A DNA stretch of 32,000 bases from Coprobacillaceae bacterium. GTDB lineage: Bacteria; Bacillota_I; Bacilli_A; Erysipelotrichales; Coprobacillaceae. Where the stretch lies: the NCBI GenBank assembly GCA_963675515.1, contig OY776328.1, positions 1,500,001 to 1,532,000 of the forward strand. Reading direction: 5' to 3'. The position numbers and the translations under genes were made by a program. Below, piece after piece: positions 7,868 to 16,233 of this stretch. Positions within the stretch are counted from its first letter, which is position 1. Each line of letters starts with the position of its first letter. The notes below the pieces were generated by a model. That model did no database searches and had not been told where the DNA came from. It saw only the letters and a program-made list of their open reading frames with translations.

Positions 7868-8911
7868 ATGGTGAGTTTAAAAAGGTGCATGGTTGTTCTG
7901 CTTATGTTTGGATTGGTTGCGGGGTTGACCGGTTGCAATATTACTGCAAATAAGGCTGAGACATCTGGTTCGCTAGTTGAAGAAAGGGACGTTTCTACAA
8001 ATGAACTTAGTGATAGTCAAAATACTGAGCAGGAAGTTGAAATATCAGATTCCAATCTGGAAACTGGCCAGTCCGACAATGAAACGGTCGTTATGTACGC
8101 CTCATGCAAAGTCAATATCAGAAATAAGCCTTCTTTCACTGGAGAAATATTGGCAGTTTTGGATAAAAGTGTTGAGGTGGAAGCTGTGATGCATGACGAT
8201 GGTTGGAGCGAAGTTGTCTATAATGGGGATATTGGCTATATCGCAAGCCGGTATCTAACCGATGATAAGGAATTGGGAAACGGATATGTGGTAGTGATTG
8301 ATGCCGGCCACCAGTTGGTTGGCAATTCTGAAAGGGAGCCGATTGGTCCTGGTGCCAGTGAAACCAAGGCTAAAGTAACTGGTGGCACAAGGGGGTGTGT
8401 AAGCGGCCTTGCGGAGTACGAACTAAACCTCCAGGTATCCTTGAAGTTACAGGCGGAATTGGATGACCGCGGATATACTGTTTCCATGATTCGAACTACC
8501 AATGATGTTAACATCAGCAACTCACAAAGGGCGATCATGGCCAATGAGGCTGGCGCTGATGCTTTTTTGAGAATCCACGCGAATGGCTCAACTGATTCTA
8601 ATGACAATGGGGCAATGACGATATGTCAGACACCATCAAACGTTTACAATGGCAATTTGTATGCACAAAGCAAGGCCCTCTCAACCGAAATCCTCGATTC
8701 GCTTGTTGGGGCGACCGGATGCAAAAAGGAATATGTCTGGGAAACAGACACGATGAGTGGAGTGAACTGGGCTCAGGTCCCGGTGTCGATTATCGAGATG
8801 GGCCACATGACAAATCCGGCTGAAGACCGGAATATGGCTAGTGAAGCATACCAATACAAAATAGTCGAGGGTATTGCCAATGGTTTGGATAATTATTTTG
8901 GACTCAACTGA
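7868..8911 (+). CDS. N-acetylmuramoyl-L-alanine amidase (Amidase_3 family) lipoprotein with an SH3b domain.
   Basis: Lipobox LVAGLTGC. SH3b-like segment (VNIRNKPSFTGEILAVLDKSVEVE...GWSEVVYNGDIGYIASRYL). Amidase_3 motifs VVIDAGHQ, LRIHANG and IIEMGHMTNPAED. Confidence 0.9.
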   Translation: MVSLKRCMVVLLMFGLVAGLTGCNITANKAETSGSLVEERDVSTNELSDSQNTEQEVEISDSNLETGQSDNETVVMYASCKVNIRNKPSFTGEILAVLDKSVEVEAVMHDDGWSEVVYNGDIGYIASRYLTDDKELGNGYVVVIDAGHQLVGNSEREPIGPGASETKAKVTGGTRGCVSGLAEYELNLQVSLKLQAELDDRGYTVSMIRTTNDVNISNSQRAIMANEAGADAFLRIHANGSTDSNDNGAMTICQTPSNVYNGNLYAQSKALSTEILDSLVGATGCKKEYVWETDTMSGVNWAQVPVSIIEMGHMTNPAEDRNMASEAYQYKIVEGIANGLDNYFGLN

Positions 8912-9149
8912 ATCGTTGATATGAACGGTTCTCTCCATTCTTTCCGTATAATTGAATGAGCTAGGAGAATATACATTTTGGCTGGATAATGGTTTGTCTA
9001 TGATGGTTTTGGGTTAAAATCCAAAATGTCTGGGGCAAACTTTTTTTGTTTTGGTGATATAAGCTTACCCTGTATGTTAGGATAGTTGTCAGTGAAGGAT
9101 AAATATATTTGTGGTAGTATATAGATACCGCAAAGAAGGAGCTGATACT

Positions 9150-9644
9150 ATGAAATATAGCAAGGAATTTAAAGACTCAATCATTCGGAGAATGCTTCCG
9201 CCTAATAATGAATCGATCAGTAAGATTTTAAAGGAAGAAGGAATCTCGGAACAAACAATTCGAAACTGGAGAAATAAGGCCAGAGCCGAGGGACTTGCTG
9301 TCCCGGGTAACGATTCCGGCTCTGAACAATGGCGTACTCAGGATAAATTCTTGATTGTTGTTGAAACTGCAAGCATGAATGAAACGGAGCTTGCTGACTA
9401 CGCGCGTAAGAAAGGCCTTTATGTTGAACAAATCTTGGCTTGGAAAGACGCCTGTATGAATGCCAATGGAGGCATCGCTCAGGAAGCGGCGCGCTTGAAT
9501 AGACAATTGAAAGATTCCGAGAAGGAAAACAAGCGTTTGGAAAAAGAATTGCCGAGAAAGGAAAAGGCACTTGCTGAAACTGCCGCTCTTCTTGTATTAA
9601 GAAAAAAGGCAGATGCGATTTGGGGGGATCCCGAGGAAGAATGA
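9150..9644 (+). CDS. IS3-family transposase OrfA (HTH / leucine-zipper part).
   Basis: MKYSKEFKDSIIRRML...ISEQTIRNWRNKA, then a coiled-coil (LKDSEKENKRLEKEL). SD AAGGAG precedes ATG 9150. The slippery heptamer A_AAA_AAG at 9602-9608 is in the orfA frame. Confidence 0.85.
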   Translation: MKYSKEFKDSIIRRMLPPNNESISKILKEEGISEQTIRNWRNKARAEGLAVPGNDSGSEQWRTQDKFLIVVETASMNETELADYARKKGLYVEQILAWKDACMNANGGIAQEAARLNRQLKDSEKENKRLEKELPRKEKALAETAALLVLRKKADAIWGDPEEE

Positions 9645-10687
9645 TTAGTTCCTCAGATCGCAGTAGAGCCATTGAACTAATCGATGCCGCAGTTAAATGT
9701 GGCGCAAAACTCTTTGAAGCATGTAAGGAAATCGGAATTACGGAGCGGACTTATTATCGTTGGATTAAGCAATTAAGCACCATGGGCACGATCGAAGATT
9801 TAAGGCCAATTGTCAAACGCCCTGAACCTGCAAATAAACTCACAAAACAGGAACGGGAGAAGATTATTGAAACGGTAAATCAGCCCGAGTATGCCAGTAT
9901 GCCTTTGTGTGAAATAGTTCCTGCCCTTGCAGACAATGGGGAGTATATCGCCTCAGAATCAACGTTTTATAGGCTTCTAAGAGAAATGAAAATGCAGAAC
10001 CATAGAGGAAGATCAGCAGAGCCCAAAAAGCGCCAAATGTCCACGCATGTCGCAAGTGCTCCCAATCAAATTTGGATGTGGGATATTACTTATTTGAACG
10101 GCCCCATTAAGGGAACTTTCTACTATCTATACATGATATCAGACTTATATAGCCGGGACATTGTGGGTTGGGAAGTATGGGAAGAGGAATCCGCTGAACA
10201 TGCCAGTGAACTAATAAATCGAACCGCTTTGGCTCAGCGCGTACTATCAACTGACCCTCTTGTCTTGCATTCTGATAACGGCAGCCCCATGAAAGGCGCA
10301 ACAATGCTTGCGACACTATATCAGCTTGGGATTACACCATCAAACAGCCGTCCAAGAGTAAGCAATGACAATCCATTTGCGGAGAGTCTTTTCAAGACGC
10401 TCAAATACAGGCCAAATTACCAGCCTAAGGGATTTGGCAGTCTCTCTGAGGCTCGCTCATGGTGCGCTGATTTTGTCAGTTGGTATCGTCATGAACATCA
10501 TCATAGCGGCATCAAATTTCTTACACCCGCACAACGTCATAGTGGTGAAGGTGATAAGATTATGGAGAAACGTCGCGAGGTTTATGAAGTTGCAAGAGCA
10601 GCTCACCCGGAAAGATGGAATGGCCGAAATACAAGAGATTGGTCCTTACCGACTGAAGTATTCTTAAATCCCGAGCGGAAGCTATAG
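9620..10687 (+). CDS. IS3-family transposase OrfB (DDE/rve integrase core), expressed as an OrfAB fusion by -1 frameshifting.
   Basis: Lies in the -1 frame relative to orfA. Has the rve motifs WMWDITYL, HSDNGSPMKG and NDNPFAESLFKTLKY. Confidence 0.85.
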   Translation: MGGSRGRMISSSDRSRAIELIDAAVKCGAKLFEACKEIGITERTYYRWIKQLSTMGTIEDLRPIVKRPEPANKLTKQEREKIIETVNQPEYASMPLCEIVPALADNGEYIASESTFYRLLREMKMQNHRGRSAEPKKRQMSTHVASAPNQIWMWDITYLNGPIKGTFYYLYMISDLYSRDIVGWEVWEEESAEHASELINRTALAQRVLSTDPLVLHSDNGSPMKGATMLATLYQLGITPSNSRPRVSNDNPFAESLFKTLKYRPNYQPKGFGSLSEARSWCADFVSWYRHEHHHSGIKFLTPAQRHSGEGDKIMEKRREVYEVARAAHPERWNGRNTRDWSLPTEVFLNPERKL

Positions 10688-10885
10688 AATGCGTTATTGA
10701 CAGCAAGTAAATCATGTTGTACTAAATAGAAAAAATAGAAAAATTACTGACAACATACTTGACAATTACCGCTTATAAGGGATATCTTGTTTGATCATTT
10801 TGGCATAAATTCAAGTTCGGTTCTCTATTATTCGGCGAATTCCTGATAATTATGGTCCATGGCCGCCTAGGGGGCAACAATAATG

Positions 10886-10937
10886 TGTCACACATATTGT
10901 CACACGGTTGTCACATTATCAACAATAATGATACAAT
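10886..10937 (+). promoter_or_regulatory. Box-promoter of the zinc-ribbon cluster (set C): three 8-bp boxes plus an extended -10.
   Basis: TGTCACAC-atat-TGTCACAC-ggt-TGTCACAT-(12 nt)-TGATACAAT. The spacing is identical to set B. A -35-like TTGTCA (10908-10913) overlaps box 3. The module is bracketed by a perfect 11-nt direct repeat CAACAATAATG (10875-10885 and 10920-10930). Confidence 0.55.
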
Positions 10938-11009
10938 ATTATCAACTTGCAAGTATCAGGTTATTCAAAAACAGTTAATTAAGAAATGTAATGAGGGGAG
11001 GCACGTCGT

Positions 11010-11534
11010 ATGTATTGTGCAAATTGCGGTAGTAAATTGGTAGAAGGTGCAAATTTTTGTACCACGTGTGGGACAAAAACAAATAGTGATTCGATCGGGA
11101 GTGCGAGAGAAACAAACAGGACTACAAATAGTCAAAATGGGGGCAAATCCATCTCGAACAATTATTATCCGAAAGCTGCATCACAAGTGGGAGATCAAAT
11201 TTATGATGAATTTGACGGAGCAAATGTTCTTCTGGATACGCCCAAAGAAAAAACAAATATATCGAGTAATAGTCCATCCGCTTCTTCTGGTTTAATGGCA
11301 TTCTCCGGCTTTGTTATCGCGTTATTGATTATTGGTGGTGGTGCATCGATAGCATATGGTTATTATTTGAATTCGACGGTGGATGTTGATAAAGCATATG
11401 ATGATTTTTGGTACAATGGTTCATTGAATTTGCATCCGGGAAATGAATATCTGTCAAATGGTGAAATTGCACTGATCATTGCTGTGGTAATAGCAATCAT
11501 ATTTTATCTAAGTGGAAAGACTCAACGAAAATAA
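11010..11534 (+). CDS. Zinc-ribbon membrane protein (174 aa): N-terminal CxxC-x10-CxxC knuckle, linker, two C-terminal TM helices.
   Basis: MYCANCGSKLVEGANFCTTCGTK. TM helices FSGFVIALLIIGGGASIAYGYY and IALIIAVVIAIIFYL. SD GGGGAGG lies upstream. Confidence 0.8.
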   Translation: MYCANCGSKLVEGANFCTTCGTKTNSDSIGSARETNRTTNSQNGGKSISNNYYPKAASQVGDQIYDEFDGANVLLDTPKEKTNISSNSPSASSGLMAFSGFVIALLIIGGGASIAYGYYLNSTVDVDKAYDDFWYNGSLNLHPGNEYLSNGEIALIIAVVIAIIFYLSGKTQRK

Positions 11535-11586
11535 GAAGTTATATGACTATCTAAAGATCAAACATGAAGGGATGTGAAAATTAGAT

Positions 11587-12117
11587 ATGAGAGAAAAGTT
11601 ATTGAAGTTTGCCAGCTATCTGCTTCCAGCAGTGATAGTGGTCTTGTTGATCATGACATTGAGCATGGTGATTGGTGACAAGATTTTAGGTGTTCAAGCT
11701 ACCAAGGTCGACTCCACTCAGGTTGTAAGCGAGACGGAAACAGGAGATGTATACTTTGAAATTGACGCGATCGGTCTAGAAGTGTCTGGTGCCACTTTTT
11801 TGCAAGCTCAAGATTACACTAATTCAACAAATGGCAGCGACGAATACATTCTTCCCGGCAGTGCAACTAGTCTTTTGGATGAAAATGACCTGACCGGAAT
11901 GACGGCAAAAGAGTTATGTTATGCTCGAAATGAACTGTTTGCTAGACATGGGTATATATTCAAGTCCCAAGAGCTTAACGATTATTTCAACAGCAAAAGT
12001 TGGTATGCACCTGATTTAAATTATTCCTTTGATTCATTGAGTGATATCGAAAAGAATAATGTAGATCTTATCGTCAATTATCAAAACAACAACAATCTCA
12101 ATTATACTGTAAGCTGA
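11587..12117 (+). CDS. Membrane-anchored YARHG-domain protein (176 aa).
   Basis: N-terminal TM (YLLPAVIVVLLIMTLSMVIG). C-terminal ELCYARNELFARHGYIFKSQELNDYFNSKSWY is the YARHG motif. Confidence 0.85.
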   Translation: MREKLLKFASYLLPAVIVVLLIMTLSMVIGDKILGVQATKVDSTQVVSETETGDVYFEIDAIGLEVSGATFLQAQDYTNSTNGSDEYILPGSATSLLDENDLTGMTAKELCYARNELFARHGYIFKSQELNDYFNSKSWYAPDLNYSFDSLSDIEKNNVDLIVNYQNNNNLNYTVS

Positions 12118-12141
12118 TTTTGAGCTAAGGAGGAAGTTATT

Positions 12142-13647
12142 ATGTATTGTCATAATTGTGGCGAAGAAATCGGTGATAACGATATATTCTGCGGCAGTTG
12201 CGGAACAAAAACGCAACGACCTGAAGGTGGTTCATCTATAGCCCGTAGACCTGATAACCAAGGCAAACCCGAAGTTGAACGTTGTGATTCCATTAAAAAC
12301 GTGACCGGTGAAAAGGTTTCCGATGTTGAAGGAGTGATGAAAAATGATTTTAAGGGCAAGGTCGATACTCCAACGCAAGGGGATCGAATACAAGAAACTG
12401 CTGTATGTGAGGAGGGGGATTCTTATAAAGACAAACCGCACATTGCAGGGAATGCGAATATTGATATTATTGAAAGCAATCCAAACGGGATTGCAGAAGA
12501 TGTTAGAATAGGTAAGGCGAAATCCAGGGGAGTCGACAAAGTCAATGCTCCAACGTGGAAAAACAGCAAAACCTACAGGCTTGTGGTTATAGAATCAATT
12601 GTATTGACCGTGGCAATCTTTGTATTCATGTATGTAGGAAAAAACGCGTACAATTATGCTAACGTAGGGAAGGAATATGTCGATGCCATAAATACTGGTA
12701 ATTATGGTAGAGCATATGACCTGATGGATTTGAATGGTGTTTCAGAATCTGATTTTATCAACAAGGAGGCTTATATTCTTGTTAATCAACAAAAAGAAGT
12801 CCTTGATAATTACCAATCTGAGGTTGTGTCTAGTTCTAAAGACTCAGATAGTGCCTTGGTTACAGTAATTGTCAACAATCAGGATAACTATACCGTCAGC
12901 CTGGTAAAAGGAGCGGGAAAGGAATTTTTGGTATTCGATTCTTGGAAAGTTCCTTACAGCAGTATTTGTTCAAATTATGAAATTAATGTTTGTGAAGGAT
13001 CAGTCGTAGAATTGGACGGTGTTAAATTAGACGAAAGTTATCTGGTTCATTCGGGCAATAGCGATGGGGAATGGGATAGCTACAATATTCCTTATCTGTT
13101 TATAGGCAATCACAATGTTAAAGTTTCATTTGGAGATTTTGAGGGTGATAATGAAGCGTTATTCGTTTCAGGGGATAATCAAACATATTATCATGACGTT
13201 CTGGAATTGAGTGAAGAGAGTCAAGGTGAACTTGTGATTAGATGTGCGGATGACTTCAAGATTTTGATGGAAGCCCTGGTCACCGGAAAACCTTTTACTG
13301 AAATCGCAGAAAAATTGACATCGTCCCAATACAATGAAAAAAATGTGTATGATTCGCTGCAGTACAAATATCTCTCAGATGGGGCGTCCAATGGTGTGAT
13401 AAGTGTCGACTACTCCGATATTAAAGGTACATTATATGATTCCTGGATCCAAGAAAGTGGACCAATTGTGGAAGTAAAATTGCAGATGCAATATAAATAC
13501 AATTATATTAATAACAGTGTTGAAAAAACAAGTTCAGGCGGGGATTCGGTTTTCTTTACATATTGCTATGATGAGGATGCAAAAAATTGGAATATCTGTG
13601 ACTTTGATTGGCCGGAACCGTTTGATACAAGCGGATATTACTATTGA
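12142..13647 (+). CDS. Zinc-ribbon / single-pass TM protein with a ~335-aa extracytoplasmic domain of unknown function (501 aa).
   Basis: MYCHNCGEEIGDNDIFCGSCGTK has the same Cys spacing as the 11010 gene. Charged linker, TM (LVVIESIVLTVAIFVFMYV), then a large C-terminal domain. SD AAGGAGGAA lies upstream. Confidence 0.8.
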   Translation: MYCHNCGEEIGDNDIFCGSCGTKTQRPEGGSSIARRPDNQGKPEVERCDSIKNVTGEKVSDVEGVMKNDFKGKVDTPTQGDRIQETAVCEEGDSYKDKPHIAGNANIDIIESNPNGIAEDVRIGKAKSRGVDKVNAPTWKNSKTYRLVVIESIVLTVAIFVFMYVGKNAYNYANVGKEYVDAINTGNYGRAYDLMDLNGVSESDFINKEAYILVNQQKEVLDNYQSEVVSSSKDSDSALVTVIVNNQDNYTVSLVKGAGKEFLVFDSWKVPYSSICSNYEINVCEGSVVELDGVKLDESYLVHSGNSDGEWDSYNIPYLFIGNHNVKVSFGDFEGDNEALFVSGDNQTYYHDVLELSEESQGELVIRCADDFKILMEALVTGKPFTEIAEKLTSSQYNEKNVYDSLQYKYLSDGASNGVISVDYSDIKGTLYDSWIQESGPIVEVKLQMQYKYNYINNSVEKTSSGGDSVFFTYCYDEDAKNWNICDFDWPEPFDTSGYYY

Positions 13648-13663
13648 AAGAGAGGGAAAATAA

Positions 13664-14473
13664 ATGGCAAATTTTTGTACAAGATGCGGGCGACCACTAA
13701 GTCCCGGAGAAGAATGCGGCTGCCAAGCTAAAAATGAAGAGAAAATTGTTACTGAACAAAGCGGATCTGGATTTACACGAGGAATAGCGGCACAAGCTAA
13801 TGTTGACGCAAACGATTTTCAGCAGGCTGAATGGATGAGGCTTTTGGGTGATGCTGTCAATAGGTTGAAAATTCTGGCGAAAAAGCCGGTATCGGAAGGT
13901 AAAATCTTTGTTTCCGAGAATAATTTCCAAATGGCTTTTGCATTTGTGATATTTCAAGCGTTGTCGGTGGCCTTGTTCGTTGTTGTTCTCGAATCGAAAG
14001 TCTCGCAATTGGCATCCAATCTGATGAATGGATTTGGTGATTTGGGGGTACTGTTGGGTTATGCAATACCATCAATGAGTTTTTCGTATGTATCTAACTT
14101 TTTTATGGCAATCCTGTTGTCAACTCTACTTAGTGGAGCACTTGCAGGACTCCTCTATTTGGTGAGTGGCTTTTTCAAAAATGCCATAAGTTTCAAGCAG
14201 GCATTTTGTATCACATCAATGCGGAGCGTGGTTACTGTTCCTGTGGCCATTATTGCTACAGTTGTGAATTTTGTCAGTCCACTCATGGGAATTGTGGCAT
14301 TGTTGATGGCAAATATCTGGGCTTATTGTGTTCTTGTCCAGTTGATTCCTTCGAAAAGAGTGGGATTTGACGATCTAAAACCACTAATGGTATTTCTGGT
14401 TGCCCTAGGCTTTTTGATTGTAAGTGTATTTGCGATTTATCAATCGTACGAAATGTTCGTGCCGAGTTTTTAA
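13664..14473 (+). CDS. Zinc-ribbon protein fused to a polytopic (about 5 TM, Yip1-like topology) membrane domain (269 aa).
   Basis: MANFCTRCGRPLSPGEECGC, followed by multiple hydrophobic helices. It starts 16 nt after the previous gene. Confidence 0.75.
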   Translation: MANFCTRCGRPLSPGEECGCQAKNEEKIVTEQSGSGFTRGIAAQANVDANDFQQAEWMRLLGDAVNRLKILAKKPVSEGKIFVSENNFQMAFAFVIFQALSVALFVVVLESKVSQLASNLMNGFGDLGVLLGYAIPSMSFSYVSNFFMAILLSTLLSGALAGLLYLVSGFFKNAISFKQAFCITSMRSVVTVPVAIIATVVNFVSPLMGIVALLMANIWAYCVLVQLIPSKRVGFDDLKPLMVFLVALGFLIVSVFAIYQSYEMFVPSF

Positions 14474-14537
14474 CACCGAATTTTTGGCGGATATTGAAAA
14501 TATATTGATCATTTTGTAGTTGCCTGGGGGGATATCA

Positions 14538-16061
14538 ATGTCAAAGGGATTGAAATTGTCACATGTATTAGTAGGTTTACTGGCGGTGATAGCATGGTAT
14601 TTTGTGATATCGCCGTTTATTGATGATATGTCAAATGGTGACTCTGCGAGTCAATCAGTTTCCAAAGGGGAGAATGATGAAGTAAGTGAAGAGATTAAAG
14701 CGAAAATCGAAAGCATTGAATATTCATTTGTATTGTCCAGTCTCAGGAGTCAGGGAGCAGAAGATATAGGCTATAAGGTCACCGATGGTGACGGTGATTG
14801 TTACGACGAACTTTTTTTGGAAGCAATCACTGATGGCGACTATCCGATGCATACTCAGTTTATCGCCGATGCTGACGGCTCAAATTCGCAATTTTGGGGA
14901 TACGCTCCAACCGGCGCCGCTGAGAGTTCGAATTTTTGTACTATGGATGGATATGACACAGTTCTATGGAATGACGATTTTTCAACTATCGGATATTCGG
15001 AATCTCACTACAAATGTTGGATTGGCACCGGATGGGAAGAAATCACAGAACTCGATGGTGTTGCCTTCGATTATGATAATAAGGTTGATTTCGACAATCC
15101 GGATTTGTTGAATATCGAAATCCAAGGGGAGCCAATGAGTATCTTTGCCGCCACAAAATCTTACTTTAAGGGAAGAGAAGGGGCAATTGATGTTGGTTCA
15201 GCCGATCTGGATAATGATGGAATGATTGAATGTGTCTACTGTGTCAAAGGCGCGGGAAACAGATGGTTTGACAAATTGGAGATGGAAAACACAACCGAAA
15301 ATCAGTGCACTGATGGATATCATGATGACAATCTCACTGTTGTAATTGTTGATGAAACAATTGATGGTGTCGTGCTCAGACCGGTTTTGATCTCTTATTC
15401 AGGTTTGAACATAAAAATAATTGAAAATACATTATCCATAAATGATGTTTGTTTCAATTATTTTGACACTGATAATACAAACGATAGGCCAAGTCTTACA
15501 TCTACATCGTCAATTTTCGGTTCAAATAGCAAGTTTAACAGTCTTGGTGAAAGAACAATCCTGGGCATGATCGGGGCGTCTTATTCCGATGTTCGCAATT
15601 TGTGTACGAATATCAATTTTTCCTATTCGGATCCTGAATCTGCCACCGCTGAAATTAATGGATCTCAATGCCGGTTTTACTTCAATAACTATTCAAATCG
15701 AAATGCGATAACCTCAGATTCGATAGTGCGCGATATTGAGGTAAACAGTTGGGGGTTTGTAAATGGAGAAATGGCGATAGATCCCACTCCGGTAATTGGA
15801 GATTTTTCTATGGGTGATGCCATTAGTGAATTGAGAAAGCTCATGGTATCATCCGGTGAATGGAGTCCGTTATTATATGGGCAAGACATTATAGCTAGCA
15901 CTAGTTTCTATTATCGACCATCGGATGAAAATGGCCACGTATACCAAGTGATTGTGATGGCCGATGGAGAAACTTTGGATTCCAGGGTATGCGGAATCCG
16001 GCTCGAGCAAATGGATGTTGCAGATCTTGAAGCTAAATCTAAAAAAGCGCTAGGATATTAG
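14538..16061 (+). CDS. Membrane-anchored extracytoplasmic protein of unknown function (507 aa), D/N/Y/S-rich.
   Basis: ATG 14538 sits behind GGGGGG. N-terminal TM (LSHVLVGLLAVIAWYFVISPF). Contains a DLDNDG calcium-binding-like/FG-GAP-like motif. I recognise no family. Confidence 0.7.
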   Translation: MSKGLKLSHVLVGLLAVIAWYFVISPFIDDMSNGDSASQSVSKGENDEVSEEIKAKIESIEYSFVLSSLRSQGAEDIGYKVTDGDGDCYDELFLEAITDGDYPMHTQFIADADGSNSQFWGYAPTGAAESSNFCTMDGYDTVLWNDDFSTIGYSESHYKCWIGTGWEEITELDGVAFDYDNKVDFDNPDLLNIEIQGEPMSIFAATKSYFKGREGAIDVGSADLDNDGMIECVYCVKGAGNRWFDKLEMENTTENQCTDGYHDDNLTVVIVDETIDGVVLRPVLISYSGLNIKIIENTLSINDVCFNYFDTDNTNDRPSLTSTSSIFGSNSKFNSLGERTILGMIGASYSDVRNLCTNINFSYSDPESATAEINGSQCRFYFNNYSNRNAITSDSIVRDIEVNSWGFVNGEMAIDPTPVIGDFSMGDAISELRKLMVSSGEWSPLLYGQDIIASTSFYYRPSDENGHVYQVIVMADGETLDSRVCGIRLEQMDVADLEAKSKKALGY

Positions 16062-16233
16062 CTAATCATCTATAACGCTAATTAGGTGATTGCCGCAAGT
16101 CGTCTAGAGATGGATATTTTTCCATAAAACAAGTAGTGTCCTGTTACGATGTGGTCCATTGGCAGCTATCGAGATGTATATTAGGTTATATAATTAACTG
16201 AAAAATAAATAAATGGCGATTGGAGGTGTAACT

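Larger units (their letters stand above)
9071..10759 (+). mobile_element. IS3-family insertion sequence, apparently intact (orfA/orfB). Boundaries are approximate.
   Basis: Two overlapping transposase ORFs with a -1 slippery site. Imperfect terminal inverted repeats: left TGTATGTT..GTTGTCAGTGAA (9071-9096), and the right end in reverse complement GTATGTTGTCAGTAAT (10743-10758). I could not identify a target-site duplication. Confidence 0.8.

Noticed and set aside
9065-10771. Target-site duplication for the IS3 element (TTACC at 9065-9069 and 10767-10771).
   Set aside because: The two copies are not at equal distances from the best inverted-repeat alignment, so it may be coincidence. The exact IS ends remain unresolved without other copies.
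10852-11043. 63-aa plus-strand ORF covering the region upstream of the first zinc-ribbon gene.
   Set aside because: It runs through the box-promoter, has no SD, and its 'SHILSHGCHII' sequence is simply the translation of the TGTCAC repeats. The neighbouring ORF 11047..11295 is an alternative frame of the 11010 gene.
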